NCBI GenBank assembly: GCA_963667665.2
Contig: OY763927.2
Location: 1,472,001-1,536,000 of the forward strand
Source of the DNA: Nitrosopumilus sp.
Lineage (GTDB): Archaea > Thermoproteota > Nitrososphaeria > Nitrososphaerales > Nitrosopumilaceae
DNA length: 64,000 nt
Direction: 5' to 3'
A program made the translations under genes and the position numbers. The notes beneath the pieces are model-generated. The model did not search any database and had not been told where the DNA came from. It was given only the letters and a program-made list of their open reading frames with translations. Shown here one piece after another: positions 50,429-61,058 of this stretch (positions are counted from its first letter, which is position 1; the number at the start of each line of letters is the position of its first letter).

Positions 50429-51061
50429 TTGGACAATTATCTATTTCCTCCCATGATAGTCATTATCGCGTTAGCATTTGGTGTTGGATATACTATTGGA
50501 AACATTAATGATAATTCTAATGAAGAGATGTCGATCATCTTATCTGTAATTACAATTGGATTGGCCATTGCTATTTTTGCCTTCCAAAACTCACAAAATG
50601 AGAAAATCAAAGAACTTGCTAAAAATAATGAAGGAATTCTAGAGGAACAAATTGAGCGAACAAAACGACGTCATGATTATGTAACTAAGTTAGTCCAATA
50701 CAAGATCTCATATGCTTCAGATGTTGCTCCACGTTCAGAAATTTTCAAAAAAATTTTCTTGCTTCCCAAAGAAGAACAAGGAGGCCAAATACATGATGAA
50801 ATTTCAACTATAGAATACACAATAGATGAATTACAAAATATATAAAATTTAACCAGTCTTTATTCGGATGATCTTGATCCTGATGAAATAAGACTGATTT
50901 TAGGGATATCAAAATTTGCACAGATTCTTCGATTGGATCTAAGTGAAGATGTAAGAATTCTTGCAAATGATCTTGCATCATTTGAAAAAAAATGTGATTT
51001 ATTTTTCCAAAAATTCAAACGAATGGATTGGAGTAAAAATCAGGAAGAAGCACTTGATTAA
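50429..51061 (+). pseudogene. 2-TM protein with helical domain, in-frame TAA
   Basis: Frame continues past TAA 50843-50845 (ELQNI*NLTSLYSDDLDP...EEALD*) to 51061. Confidence 0.65.
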
Positions 51062-51164
51062 CTTTTGACATAATGTTATTTTTGTGCCTATTTGGTCATA
51101 TTATTATCAGCAAAGGCCGGAAATAAAAGAAAGTATAAAACACAATTATTGGGAGTGATGGTAA

Positions 51165-51857
51165 ATGGTTGAGAAATCTGAATTTCTATCAATACACATA
51201 GAAGAACTTCTCGGCCGTCCACTAAATGACATTGAAAAAAAGGTAAAAGTGGAAACTCTTTTTGTAAAAGGTTCTTTGGAAATCCCATTACCATGTCCAA
51301 AAGTGTCAATCATTGGTTCAAGAAAGGCATCTCCACAAGGAATTGAAAATGCTCAAAAAATTGCTAAAACATTGATTGAAAATCGAGTAATTATTGTTAG
51401 TGGTCTTGCTGAAGGAATTGATACAGCAGCTCACGAGACAGCTATCAGAATGAATGGAAAAACTATTGCAGTACTTGGAACACCATTAAACAAAACTTTT
51501 CCTGCCAAAAATTTTAAACTTCAACAAGAAATTATGAAAAATCATCTTGCTGTTTCACAATTTCCCGTAGGTTATCCAACCAGAGGAAAAGAATTCGTAA
51601 TAAGAAATAGGACAATGGCTCTTATTTCTGATGCTTCTGTAATTGTAGAGGCTGGAAAATCAAGTGGTTCGTTACATCAAGGATGGGAAACACTTAGACT
51701 TGGACGACCATTATTCATTTGGGAATCTGTTGTAAATAACAAACAATTGGATTGGCCACAAGAAATGATGAAATACGGGGCAATGGTACTTTCTAATCCA
51801 ATTGATGTGTTAGAAGTGTTACCAACACGATTTAAAATGATTGATATGTTTCAGTAA
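51165..51857 (+). CDS. DprA/Smf-like SLOG protein (ShosA-like)
   Basis: IIGSRKAS, IVSGLAEGIDTAAH, AVLGTPL, FVIRNRTM, VEAGKSSGS. Confidence 0.9.
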   Translation: MVEKSEFLSIHIEELLGRPLNDIEKKVKVETLFVKGSLEIPLPCPKVSIIGSRKASPQGIENAQKIAKTLIENRVIIVSGLAEGIDTAAHETAIRMNGKTIAVLGTPLNKTFPAKNFKLQQEIMKNHLAVSQFPVGYPTRGKEFVIRNRTMALISDASVIVEAGKSSGSLHQGWETLRLGRPLFIWESVVNNKQLDWPQEMMKYGAMVLSNPIDVLEVLPTRFKMIDMFQ

Positions 51858-51862
51858 CTAGT

Positions 51863-52516
51863 ATGAATATTACTGAAATGGAGTTTGGAACTCTATGGAA
51901 ATATTCTCCTTGGGGGAAAACTGAAGAGGAATTTCGTTCAAAGACCATAAAAGCAAATTTGAAGACAGATGCAGTCAGAGCAGAAGATAAAATTCCAATG
52001 TCAGAGTATGTAGCAAGAGGAATTAAAAATGATTTAGAAAAACTTCCTTTTGCCAAGTTCTTTGAGGTAAAACCAGTTCTTGTTCCAATGCCAAGTAGCT
52101 CTCTAACTAAAGCAAATACACTTTGGGTTCCACTAAATTTAGCAACTGCTTTAGTAAAAAATGGCCTGGGAGTAAAAGTTAGCCAATGTCTTCAACGAAC
52201 AAAACCTATACGAAAATCTCATGCAAGTAAAGCTGCAAACAGACCAAAAGCTCAGGAGCATTATGATTCAATGTCGGTTCAGAAAGAACTCTCTGACCCA
52301 GCTGAAATTTTATTAATTGATGATTTCATTACTAAAGGATCTACATCAATTGGGGCTGCAAGTAGATTAGCAGATGCATATCCAAATGCTAACATCCGTG
52401 TTTTAATAATAATGAAAACAATAAGTAATCCAAATAATTTTAAAAAAATTATTGAGCCATGTATAGGAAAAATTACGTATTCACATGGAGAGTGTTTTAA
52501 TGATTGTGTTGAATAG
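51863..52516 (+). CDS. ComF-like type I phosphoribosyltransferase (ShosT-like)
   Basis: LVPMPSS, LQRTKP.RKSH, LLIDDFITKGST PRPP loop; 5 nt after dprA-like gene. Confidence 0.85.
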   Translation: MNITEMEFGTLWKYSPWGKTEEEFRSKTIKANLKTDAVRAEDKIPMSEYVARGIKNDLEKLPFAKFFEVKPVLVPMPSSSLTKANTLWVPLNLATALVKNGLGVKVSQCLQRTKPIRKSHASKAANRPKAQEHYDSMSVQKELSDPAEILLIDDFITKGSTSIGAASRLADAYPNANIRVLIIMKTISNPNNFKKIIEPCIGKITYSHGECFNDCVE

Positions 52517-52849
52517 AGTTTAGAATCTAATATTGACAATTACAATCAGCTACAAACCAATACCAGCTATCAAAATTACGAATAACATTCCAAACTGTAA
52601 CAGAATATCTCCTTCGTAATTAGCTACAAAACATCACTTGTAACAAATTGAACTGCCATACAAGGTACATTTGTTACAAATTGCAGAAAACTATCTTTGT
52701 ATCAATTTGTCAAGGATTGTAACAGATTCTCAAAGGGCATGCCTATAGTATCGTAAAATTTTCACTATTAGACAGGTAATTAGACGATAAATGTCTAACA
52801 GCAGGTGTTGATTAAGGGTAACCGCAAACTCTAAGAATAAAAAATAGGA

Positions 52850-53068
52850 TTATTTGTAAAAATCAGGTTCTTGATCTTTTTTTTGCTTTGGAAGATCATC
52901 CATAACAGCTTGAACAACTTCGTTGTGATTATATGTTAAATGTCTAAGAAATTTTGCAGATTCGTCTGCTCTTTTCTTCTCATCTGCAAACAACATTTCA
53001 GGGCTACTCAGTTCTGCCATCATTGTATTACATTCTTGGCAGGGATTAAAATCAAGATAGAGTTTCAT
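52850..53068 (-). CDS. Small CxxC/HxxxxH protein
   Basis: CQEC...HLTYNH. Confidence 0.65.
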   Translation of the reverse strand: MKLYLDFNPCQECNTMMAELSSPEMLFADEKKRADESAKFLRHLTYNHNEVVQAVMDDLPKQKKDQEPDFYK

Positions 53069-53098
53069 TATTTTGCTTCATTTTCCTTAGTATTTAGA

Positions 53099-55246
53099 CT
53101 ATTTTATTGATTGAGATAGAGGAGCCTCTTTTTTTCTAGGCTTTACCTTATCTACTGCTTCAATTAGATCTTGTTGAGTTATCTTGATTTCTTTGATATT
53201 TTGAGACCTACCACTGACGTATCTCTTCAGAGCAGTTATTGCAGCCCTATTTGCAACAGCTGCAATTTCTGCACCACTAAAACTATCTGTCAACTCTACG
53301 AGTTTTGTAATGTTAACATCACTTGCAAGTGGTTTCTTTTTGGTATGAATCTTAAAGATATGATGTCTTCCTTTGGCATCAGAATTTGAAACTTTGATAA
53401 TTCTATCAAATCTTCCGGGTCTTAGCAATGCCTCATCTACAATATCTAATCTATTGGTTGCGCCAATTATCAAGACATTATGTAGTTCTTCAAGTCCATC
53501 AATTTCAGTTAGAATTTGAGAGACTACATTTTCTGTAACACGTGATCCTGAATCTCCACTACCTCTACGTGGAACAAGTGCATCAATTTCATCTAAGAAG
53601 ATGATACATGGTGTTGCCTGTCGTGCTTTTCTGAAAATTTCTCTGATTCCTTTTTCAGACTCTCCAACCCACTTTGAGAGTAGCTCAGGACCTTTAATGC
53701 TAATAAAATTAGATTCTGTCATTGTTGCAAGTGCTTTTGCAATGAGAGTTTTACCAGTTCCAGGTGGACCATGAAGTAAAATTCCTTTTGGAGATTCTAC
53801 ATTAACATAATCAAATGCCTCTTTGTACTTAATAGGCCATTCAACTGCCTCACAAAGTTCTTCTTTTAATTGATCTAGACCACCAACATCATCCCAATTA
53901 ACATTAGGAATTTGAACTTGAACTTCTCTTAGTGCACTTGGTCTGACTTCTTTTAATGCATCTCTAAAGTCTTCACTAGTTATCTGAATCTTTTGAAGAA
54001 TTTCTGAAGAAATTTTATCTTCATCAAGATCAATTTCAGGAAGAATTCTACGAAGAGATCTCATTGCAGCTTCTTTTGATAATACTTCTAAATCAGCTCC
54101 TACAAATCCATGTGTAGTCTTTGAGATTTGTTTGAGATCTACTTTTTTGTCAATTGGCATACCACGTGTATGAATTGATAGAATATCGAATCTTCCCTCA
54201 TCATCAGGAATTCCAATTTCAATTTCTCGATCAAATCTTCCTGGTCTTCGAAGTGCAGGATCAATAGAGTCTGGTCTGTTAGTAGCTGCAATCACTACAA
54301 CTTTTCCTCTAGACTTCATACCATCCATCAGTGCTAAGAGTTGAGAAACTATTCTCTTCTCTACTTCACCGGTTACTTCATCTCTCTTTGGAGTAATAGA
54401 ATCAATCTCATCAATGAAAATAATGCTAGGTGAGTTTTCTTCAGCTTGTGCAAAGATCTCTCTTAGTTTACCTTCGCTTTCTCCGTAGTACTTTCCCATA
54501 ATTTCAGGACCACTAAGTGAGATAAAGTGAGCATTAGTTTCTCCAGCAACTGCTTTTGCAAGTAGAGTCTTACCAGTTCCAGGTGGACCATATAGTAAGA
54601 CACCCTTTGGTGCCTCTACACCTATTTTGTCAAATAACTCTGGATGTCTCATGGGTAATTCTACCATCTCACGGATTTTTAGAACCTCATTTTTTAAGCC
54701 TCCAAGTTCATCGTATGTAATTCTTGGAACTGAGGCATCAACTGCTTTCGTCATTGTCCCAAGTTTGAAGATGGTATTATCATTAACAATAACTGGTTTT
54801 GATGGTTTTGTATTAGTAATAATAAACTGTATTTTTCCACCCATTTGTGTTGGTAGCTGGATTGAATCATGAATAGTAAAAACATGATTTTGGAAATTTG
54901 TAATCATTACATCATGTAATTGTTCTTCATCAATGCGTAATTTTTCAGTTGGAGATAAAGTAATTTGTTCAGCATCAACTGCATCTACAGATTTTATAGA
55001 AATTTTATCTCCAATTCCAGCTCCAATATTTAGTCTAGTCATTCCATCAATTTTGATAATTCCTGCTCCATATTCTTCAGGTGAACCTTCCCAAAGTTTT
55101 ACATGTGTTTTTTTGTTGTATGTTAATTCTAAAATTTGTCCTAATTCCCATTTATGATCCTCAATAATTTTAGGATCAATTATGGCCATTCCTCTTCCAA
55201 CATGTTGTTGTGGAATTTCATCTATTTTTAAAATAATTTCACTCAT
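53099..55246 (-). CDS. cdc48: CDC48/VCP AAA+ ATPase
   Basis: N-domain plus two AAA modules (GPPGTGKT x2, DEID, RPGRFDR). Confidence 0.96.
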   Translation of the reverse strand: MSEIILKIDEIPQQHVGRGMAIIDPKIIEDHKWELGQILELTYNKKTHVKLWEGSPEEYGAGIIKIDGMTRLNIGAGIGDKISIKSVDAVDAEQITLSPTEKLRIDEEQLHDVMITNFQNHVFTIHDSIQLPTQMGGKIQFIITNTKPSKPVIVNDNTIFKLGTMTKAVDASVPRITYDELGGLKNEVLKIREMVELPMRHPELFDKIGVEAPKGVLLYGPPGTGKTLLAKAVAGETNAHFISLSGPEIMGKYYGESEGKLREIFAQAEENSPSIIFIDEIDSITPKRDEVTGEVEKRIVSQLLALMDGMKSRGKVVVIAATNRPDSIDPALRRPGRFDREIEIGIPDDEGRFDILSIHTRGMPIDKKVDLKQISKTTHGFVGADLEVLSKEAAMRSLRRILPEIDLDEDKISSEILQKIQITSEDFRDALKEVRPSALREVQVQIPNVNWDDVGGLDQLKEELCEAVEWPIKYKEAFDYVNVESPKGILLHGPPGTGKTLIAKALATMTESNFISIKGPELLSKWVGESEKGIREIFRKARQATPCIIFLDEIDALVPRRGSGDSGSRVTENVVSQILTEIDGLEELHNVLIIGATNRLDIVDEALLRPGRFDRIIKVSNSDAKGRHHIFKIHTKKKPLASDVNITKLVELTDSFSGAEIAAVANRAAITALKRYVSGRSQNIKEIKITQQDLIEAVDKVKPRKKEAPLSQSIK

Positions 55247-55274
55247 TTTATTACCTCACAAATTTAGGAGAGGT

Positions 55275-55775
55275 TTATTCAACCTCCACCTTTTTGCCTT
55301 TTGGTTTTTCTTCTTCAACTAATTTGAAAACTATTTGTAAAATTCCGTTTTTGTAAGAAGCCTTTGCAGAATTCTCATCAACTTTATGTTTCACTGGAAC
55401 TTTTACATGATACTTTTTTTCGTCATGTTCTGCTGAAAGATCTACGATCTTATTTTCAACAACAACTTTGACATCAGTCTTTTCAACTCCTGGCATCTCA
55501 GCTATGAGTTTTACTATCTTTTCTTTTTCATCGACAATAATGTCGACAAGTGGTTCTCGTGTATCAGATATTGGAAGTTGGTCTGGTTTGACGTTTCCAA
55601 ATTCTTTTACAACAGGTTTTCCATCTGGACCAACAGTCATTGTATAACCGCAACAATATGAACCAGAGTCAGAACCGTTTCCTTTGAAATCTTCACAAAT
55701 GCCATCTATGTTAAAAAAAGAATTTGACATTTGTCTGAAGATTCTATTGATTTCACTATCAAAGAATATTGTCAT
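55275..55775 (-). CDS. hsp20: Archaeal small heat shock protein Hsp20
   Basis: GPDGKP..EFGN, REPLVD, AEMPGV, ASYKNGIL. Confidence 0.93.
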   Translation of the reverse strand: MTIFFDSEINRIFRQMSNSFFNIDGICEDFKGNGSDSGSYCCGYTMTVGPDGKPVVKEFGNVKPDQLPISDTREPLVDIIVDEKEKIVKLIAEMPGVEKTDVKVVVENKIVDLSAEHDEKKYHVKVPVKHKVDENSAKASYKNGILQIVFKLVEEEKPKGKKVEVE

Positions 55776-55879
55776 ATTTATCTATCTTATGTAATATATA
55801 TGACATTATATAAAGATTATCTTGTTTTCTTTGATATCTTACATAATCCTATTATAACTGACATATTATAATAATCTTA

Positions 55880-56545
55880 ATGAGGGTTTCAAGTATGTCT
55901 GTGCCTGAGGTAGTCAAAGAAATCATTACCAGAAATCGTTCAATTTATGATTGCATGAAGATGGATCTGATAAACTACACAGCACTAGCAGTAAAGATTC
56001 AACCAGAGATTGAAAGGATTCTAGGAAATTCTGTTAATATCAATACAGTGGTAGTTGCAATCAAACGATATTCAGATTCATTTGAGATCAAAGAAGAGAT
56101 CAAAGAGGAATCAGTTTTGAAAAATGCTAGATTGGCTTTAACTGATGGAATTATGGATATTAAATTTTCAATAAAGGATTCTAATGAAATAGATCCTATG
56201 GCAATTTTAGAAAAGTTTTCCAAGGTAACTAACAATTATGAGTTTTTCAGAGTATCTGATTCTTTTAGATTCCTTGCAGAAGATATGGAAGATATTAGGC
56301 AGATCTTCAGTAATGTTTCAAACAGAGATGATATGTTCAATACTGGTCTTGCAAAGATTAGAATTTCAATACCAACATCCCAAAATCAATCAGATGTGGT
56401 TTCTTATGTTGCTGAGGTATTACATTCCAATGGAATTGAGTTAGTAAATGCATTTTTCAGCCAAGATAGTATTGTTATTATTTTAAATGAAAAGAATTCA
56501 TCAAGGGCATATGATATCTTACATTCAGATATTATGAGAACCTAA
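55880..56545 (+). CDS. ACT-domain protein with N-terminal helical/HTH-like region
   Basis: LINYTALA..I, VAIKRY, C-terminal ACT fold. Confidence 0.75.
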   Translation: MRVSSMSVPEVVKEIITRNRSIYDCMKMDLINYTALAVKIQPEIERILGNSVNINTVVVAIKRYSDSFEIKEEIKEESVLKNARLALTDGIMDIKFSIKDSNEIDPMAILEKFSKVTNNYEFFRVSDSFRFLAEDMEDIRQIFSNVSNRDDMFNTGLAKIRISIPTSQNQSDVVSYVAEVLHSNGIELVNAFFSQDSIVIILNEKNSSRAYDILHSDIMRT

Positions 56546-56595
56546 TTGTGTGATTTTCCTGAAAAAATTTCTCATAGCATATATTCAACCAATAT

Positions 56596-57969
56596 GTGAA
56601 AAGAGCACAATTGGCTAGAAATAAGAAGAAAGTTGTGATTTTAGGTGGTGGTTTTGCAGGAGTAGAATGTACAAGACAACTAGAATCTGAATTTGGAAAC
56701 GATCCCGAAATAGAACTAGTAATGATAAGTGAAGATAATTTTATGTTATTTACACCAATGTTGCCACAAGTAGCATCAGGAATGATTGAAACCAGACACA
56801 TAGTTTTTCCTATTAGAACAATCTGCAAGAAAACAAAGTTCTATGAAGGTAGAATTAAAAATATTGATCCTTATGGAAAACTAGTAACTCTATGGGGAAC
56901 TGGAGATAAAAGAAGTATCTCAATTCATTATGATTTTCTGATAGTTGCACTTGGTAGTGAGACAAACTTTTTTGGAATGGCAGATGTTGAAAAAAATGCC
57001 TACACCATGAAGACACTCAATGACGCTGTGATGTTAAGAAATAGAGTTATTGATATGCTTGAACAAGCAGAAAATGAGACTAATCCAATTCTTCGAAAAA
57101 GCTTTTTGAATTTTGTTGTTGTTGGTGGCGGTTTTGCAGGAATTGAAACTGCTGGTGAATTGATGGATCTACTTTTTGATGCACGAAAATACTATCCAAT
57201 CACACATAAAGAAGATCTCAAAGTTATCGTGTTAGAGGCATTATCATTGATCTTGCCAGGATTTGAACCAAAACTAGCAGAGTTTGCAAAAGAAAAGTTA
57301 GAAGAGAAAGGAATTGAGATAAGACTAAAAACAGCAGTAACTAGTTTTGATGGAAATGAGGTTACCACAAAATCATTAGATGAAAATCCAAAAGACCCAC
57401 TAGACACATCAGAGATTGATGTAATTAGAACAAAGACTATGATTTGGACTGCTGGGGTAACTCCAGTTAATACAATCAAGAGATCAATGTTCAAGACTGA
57501 AAAGGGTAAAGTCATTATTAATGAATATCTTGAAGTACAAGACTTTCCGGGAGTTTTTGCAATTGGTGATTGTGCATTATTTTTAGATCCTAAAACAGAA
57601 AGACCATTTCCTCCAACTGCACAAATTGCAGAAGCTCAAGCAAAAACTGCAGCTAAAAATTTAAAGGCACTAATTACAAATTCACAAAAAGAAAAATTTG
57701 TTTATCATTCCAAGGGTCAAATGGCAATTATTGGAAAGAGATCAGGAATTGCTACATTTTTGGGAATGAATATTTCTGGATTTTGGGCATGGTTAATTTG
57801 GAGAAATGTCTATCTTTCAAAAATTCCAACTTTTGATAAAAAATTCAGAGTGTTCCTTGATTGGACAATAGATTTGTTCTTTAATAGAGATATTTCTAGA
57901 CTAAAACTAATGAAACGTGATACTGAGAAAGAATACAAGGATCTTGATGAAGTAGATGATGTTTGGTAA
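56596..57969 (+). CDS. Type II NADH dehydrogenase-like FAD oxidoreductase
   Basis: Two GGGFAG motifs, FTPML, WTAG, AIGDCA, PPTAQ. Confidence 0.88.
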   Translation: MKRAQLARNKKKVVILGGGFAGVECTRQLESEFGNDPEIELVMISEDNFMLFTPMLPQVASGMIETRHIVFPIRTICKKTKFYEGRIKNIDPYGKLVTLWGTGDKRSISIHYDFLIVALGSETNFFGMADVEKNAYTMKTLNDAVMLRNRVIDMLEQAENETNPILRKSFLNFVVVGGGFAGIETAGELMDLLFDARKYYPITHKEDLKVIVLEALSLILPGFEPKLAEFAKEKLEEKGIEIRLKTAVTSFDGNEVTTKSLDENPKDPLDTSEIDVIRTKTMIWTAGVTPVNTIKRSMFKTEKGKVIINEYLEVQDFPGVFAIGDCALFLDPKTERPFPPTAQIAEAQAKTAAKNLKALITNSQKEKFVYHSKGQMAIIGKRSGIATFLGMNISGFWAWLIWRNVYLSKIPTFDKKFRVFLDWTIDLFFNRDISRLKLMKRDTEKEYKDLDEVDDVW

Positions 57970-57983
57970 AAAGAGAATGAAGA

Positions 57984-58163
57984 TTATTCTTCAATCTTAA
58001 GTGCAGCAGATGGACATTCCTTTACAACTTTTCTAATTTGGTCTTCAGGTGCTCCATCTTGTATAATAACAAATTTTCCGTCCTGTTTTGTAAATACTGA
58101 AGGAAGATTCTTGACACATTTGGCTGAATGAATACAAATGTTTTCATCCCAAGTTACTTTCAT
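57984..58163 (-). CDS. Divergent 4Fe-4S mono-cluster (YjdI/Fer4_19-like) ferredoxin, 59 aa (not in ORF track)
   Basis: MKVTWDENICIHSAKCVKNLPSVF...KECPSAALKIEE*. Confidence 0.85.
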   Translation of the reverse strand: MKVTWDENICIHSAKCVKNLPSVFTKQDGKFVIIQDGAPEDQIRKVVKECPSAALKIEE

Positions 58164-58220
58164 TATTGTTTGTTCTACATTCAGGGATTTATAGTGTTCT
58201 AGAGATTTGTATAATATGGA

Positions 58221-59774
58221 TTAGATATGTTTTCTAATTACAACAATCACACTAGCTGGGATTCCAAGATACATTCCCAAATTAAGTATAATTAAAGATA
58301 TTCCAAAACCTAAAACTGATTCTTCTGAATCCATTTCAACATAATTTAAAATTGATAGACTAGAAATCATTGGAGTAATTCCAAGCTTGACTATTTCCTT
58401 GAATACAGGATTTTCACGCTCATAATCTGCAATGTATGGGCTAAATGAATAGTAAAATTCGTTAAATGATTTCATGAATGATGTTCCAGATTCTGTTTGG
58501 AGTAAATGATTATCTCTAAGTTCTCGTAATTGTTGAACTTGTGGTGATAATTCTGAACCATATGTTGCAGTTGCTATTAAACACCCTCCGTCTTCTTTCT
58601 CCATTACCTCTTCAATGAGTTCATTATTAGAGGAATCTTTGGATAATATTTCAAAAGAATCAATTGTTTCATCAAATCTTGAAAGTTGAGAATCAAATTC
58701 ATCTATACCATTACTGTATGCAAATGTGTAAAATTTTTCAGTATCATAAATCAAAACTTCTTTAAATTTTACATCCAAATTTTCGTTATTGGATGAAAAC
58801 AATCCTTCTGCGTTAGTTACATATGCTTGATAACCATTGATTGTAATCTTTTCCTGAGAAATTATTTTCAAGTCATCTGACTCTACTACTTCCTTTAATG
58901 TCTCAGCTTTTTCAGAAATAATATCATCTAGAGTTTTTTGATTGGTTTGTTGTACAGTTAATGAAATTACAGGATTCATTACACCTACTTTTGGTCCTAC
59001 TGCAACTACATTAGGAGAGTTTTCCTGTGTTTTAGTTGGTTCTTGTAACAACCAACCTTCTGGGGCACTAAATGCAATTTCAAGTTCAGCACTTTCGAAT
59101 TTCTGATTACCAGTAGATGGAGTTACTGCGGATTGTGTACGTTCAGGTTGTGATAATTCAAGAAGATTTGAAATGTCAGAACGATTAGTTATTGTAACTT
59201 TTGTTATTTTAACCTGTTCAGTGTCTATGGGTCTATCACTAGCTCCTATTTGCACTGCTGCAATTTTATCAAGTGTTTCAAAACTTTCATCAGTTACAAT
59301 TCTACCAAACACTGTATACTGTTCATCAAGAAAGTTAGAGTCTTTATGAACTATAAAAAATTGGGAACCAGCACTGTTTGGATCAGCTGATCTTGCCATT
59401 GAAACAATTCCACGATTGTGTTTGATTGTGTTAAATTCAGCATCAACTGTTTCTGTTGGGCCTCCTTGTCCCCAAGTACTTGGATTACCATTGATTGTAT
59501 TTGGATCTCCTCCCTGAATCATAAATCCTGGAATTATTCTATGAAAGATTGTTCCATCATAAAATCCTAATTGAGATAATTTGATAAAATTTTCAACATG
59601 ATTTGGTGCATCACTAAAGAAAAATTCTATTGTGATATTTCCAAGATTAGTCTCTAAAACAACTACAGGATCAAGTATCTTGATTTGATTAAACTCAACC
59701 CCTTGAGCAAATACTTGATTTCCAACTCCAACTAAAATTAATGAAATTATAATTACCAAAAAAATTCTATTCAA
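58221..59774 (-). CDS. Secreted cyclophilin-type PPIase with PsbP-like domain and CFI-box C-terminal anchor
   Basis: FHRIIPGFMIQGGDP, SMAR, GSQFFI; GGCLIATATYGSE. Confidence 0.9.
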   Translation of the reverse strand: MNRIFLVIIISLILVGVGNQVFAQGVEFNQIKILDPVVVLETNLGNITIEFFFSDAPNHVENFIKLSQLGFYDGTIFHRIIPGFMIQGGDPNTINGNPSTWGQGGPTETVDAEFNTIKHNRGIVSMARSADPNSAGSQFFIVHKDSNFLDEQYTVFGRIVTDESFETLDKIAAVQIGASDRPIDTEQVKITKVTITNRSDISNLLELSQPERTQSAVTPSTGNQKFESAELEIAFSAPEGWLLQEPTKTQENSPNVVAVGPKVGVMNPVISLTVQQTNQKTLDDIISEKAETLKEVVESDDLKIISQEKITINGYQAYVTNAEGLFSSNNENLDVKFKEVLIYDTEKFYTFAYSNGIDEFDSQLSRFDETIDSFEILSKDSSNNELIEEVMEKEDGGCLIATATYGSELSPQVQQLRELRDNHLLQTESGTSFMKSFNEFYYSFSPYIADYERENPVFKEIVKLGITPMISSLSILNYVEMDSEESVLGFGISLIILNLGMYLGIPASVIVVIRKHI

Positions 59775-59847
59775 CTATTTTTCTCAAAGTGCCATACTTA
59801 AAAGCCAATTGTATTAGTTTTTAACAAAGTCAAATAATTCAACCCAT

Positions 59848-60339
59848 ATGCAATCTGATGAAAAGATTCAAGCACATCTAGTTTCAGTATGGAGAGAGTC
59901 AAAAAAGTTCTTTTCAATTGGCGGAAAAGAGGGCATGTTAATACTGACTGACAAACATTTGTCGTTTGTATTCAAGACAGAAGCTAGAATGAAGTGGTGG
60001 AAAGCTATTACTCAGAGACAGGTGATTAATTTTATCAAATCAAAGAACACAATGATTATTCATGATGGGTATAATGAACAAGAATTAATGAATGATTTAG
60101 AAAATGAAAAAAATATTGAATTAGTGTTTGATGATATTTCCAAGATTAGTTTTGAAGAAAAGGTTTGGGGAAGTGCATTATTTTTAGAATATAAAAAAAA
60201 TGGAAAAGAAGAAAAATTTCAATATGCAATAGCACAAGATTGGGTAAAATATCCTGTAAAAGAGCCTACAAAATTCATGAAAGTAGATTGGAAGCCTTTT
60301 GTGCAATATATTAAAGACAGACAAATATTAACGAAGTAA
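59848..60339 (+). CDS. PH-like domain hypothetical protein
   Basis: EGMLILTDKHLSF motif. Confidence 0.65.
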   Translation: MQSDEKIQAHLVSVWRESKKFFSIGGKEGMLILTDKHLSFVFKTEARMKWWKAITQRQVINFIKSKNTMIIHDGYNEQELMNDLENEKNIELVFDDISKISFEEKVWGSALFLEYKKNGKEEKFQYAIAQDWVKYPVKEPTKFMKVDWKPFVQYIKDRQILTK

Positions 60340-60341
60340 AA

Positions 60342-61058
60342 TTGGGAAAAGTTTTTGCTGTTGGTGTTGGACCGGGTTCATCAAAATATGTAACTGAAAT
60401 TGTAAAAGAGATTATTCAAAATTGTGATATTGTGATTGGTTACAAATACACACTAAAGACAATAGAGAATCTAATTGAGGGAAAAGAGATCTATGAAATT
60501 ACCATGAAAGATCAGGAAGAGTCATATCAAAAAATTCTTCCTAAGCTTGGCAATAGAAAATTAGTAATTCCATTTACAGGAGATGTGAATTTTTCTGAAT
60601 CAGAAGTTGTTGATAGATTAATTGAGATTTTTGGTGACGTGGAAATTATTCCAGGCATTAGTTCAATTCAAGTTGCTGCATCAAGAGCCAAAGTCCCTCT
60701 TGATAAATCCAAAGTAATTACAATGCATGTTACAACCAAAATTGAAGATAAGAAATTAGAATTACAAAAGGCATTGATTGATGGTTTTAGTGTGATTTTA
60801 GTTCCAAGACCTTGGCCAAAACAACCAGACAAGCACTTTATGCCTTCAGAGATAGCAGTTTATCTTCGAGAAAATAATTTTGATACTGCAAAGATGAAGG
60901 TTCATGTTTTTGAGGCAATAACTACTGAAAATGAAACCAGTTTTGTAGGAACTGTAAAAGATTTGGAAAGAAAAGAGTTTTCTGATTTATCAGTAATGGT
61001 GTTTAATCAAACAAGTTTGGATTCATACATGAATTACAGATGGCAGTGGGAAAACTAA
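60342..61058 (+). CDS. cbiE: Cobalt-precorrin-7 C5-methyltransferase
   Basis: VGVGPG, TGD..FS, IIPGISSIQVAA. Confidence 0.85.
   Translation: MGKVFAVGVGPGSSKYVTEIVKEIIQNCDIVIGYKYTLKTIENLIEGKEIYEITMKDQEESYQKILPKLGNRKLVIPFTGDVNFSESEVVDRLIEIFGDVEIIPGISSIQVAASRAKVPLDKSKVITMHVTTKIEDKKLELQKALIDGFSVILVPRPWPKQPDKHFMPSEIAVYLRENNFDTAKMKVHVFEAITTENETSFVGTVKDLERKEFSDLSVMVFNQTSLDSYMNYRWQWEN

Larger units (their letters stand above)
47506..52837. mobile_element. Decayed integrative/defence island
   Basis: Truncated integrase-like gene at left; TA/defence-like cargo; weak 8-bp repeat TCTAAGAA at 47506-47513 and 52830-52837. Confidence 0.55.

Noticed and set aside
52560-52730. Repeated TGTAACA/TGTTACA words also seen at ~17357
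   Set aside because: The 17357 copy is coding sequence of the microprotein, and the 52.6 kb region looks like a decayed ORF; cannot support a shared site
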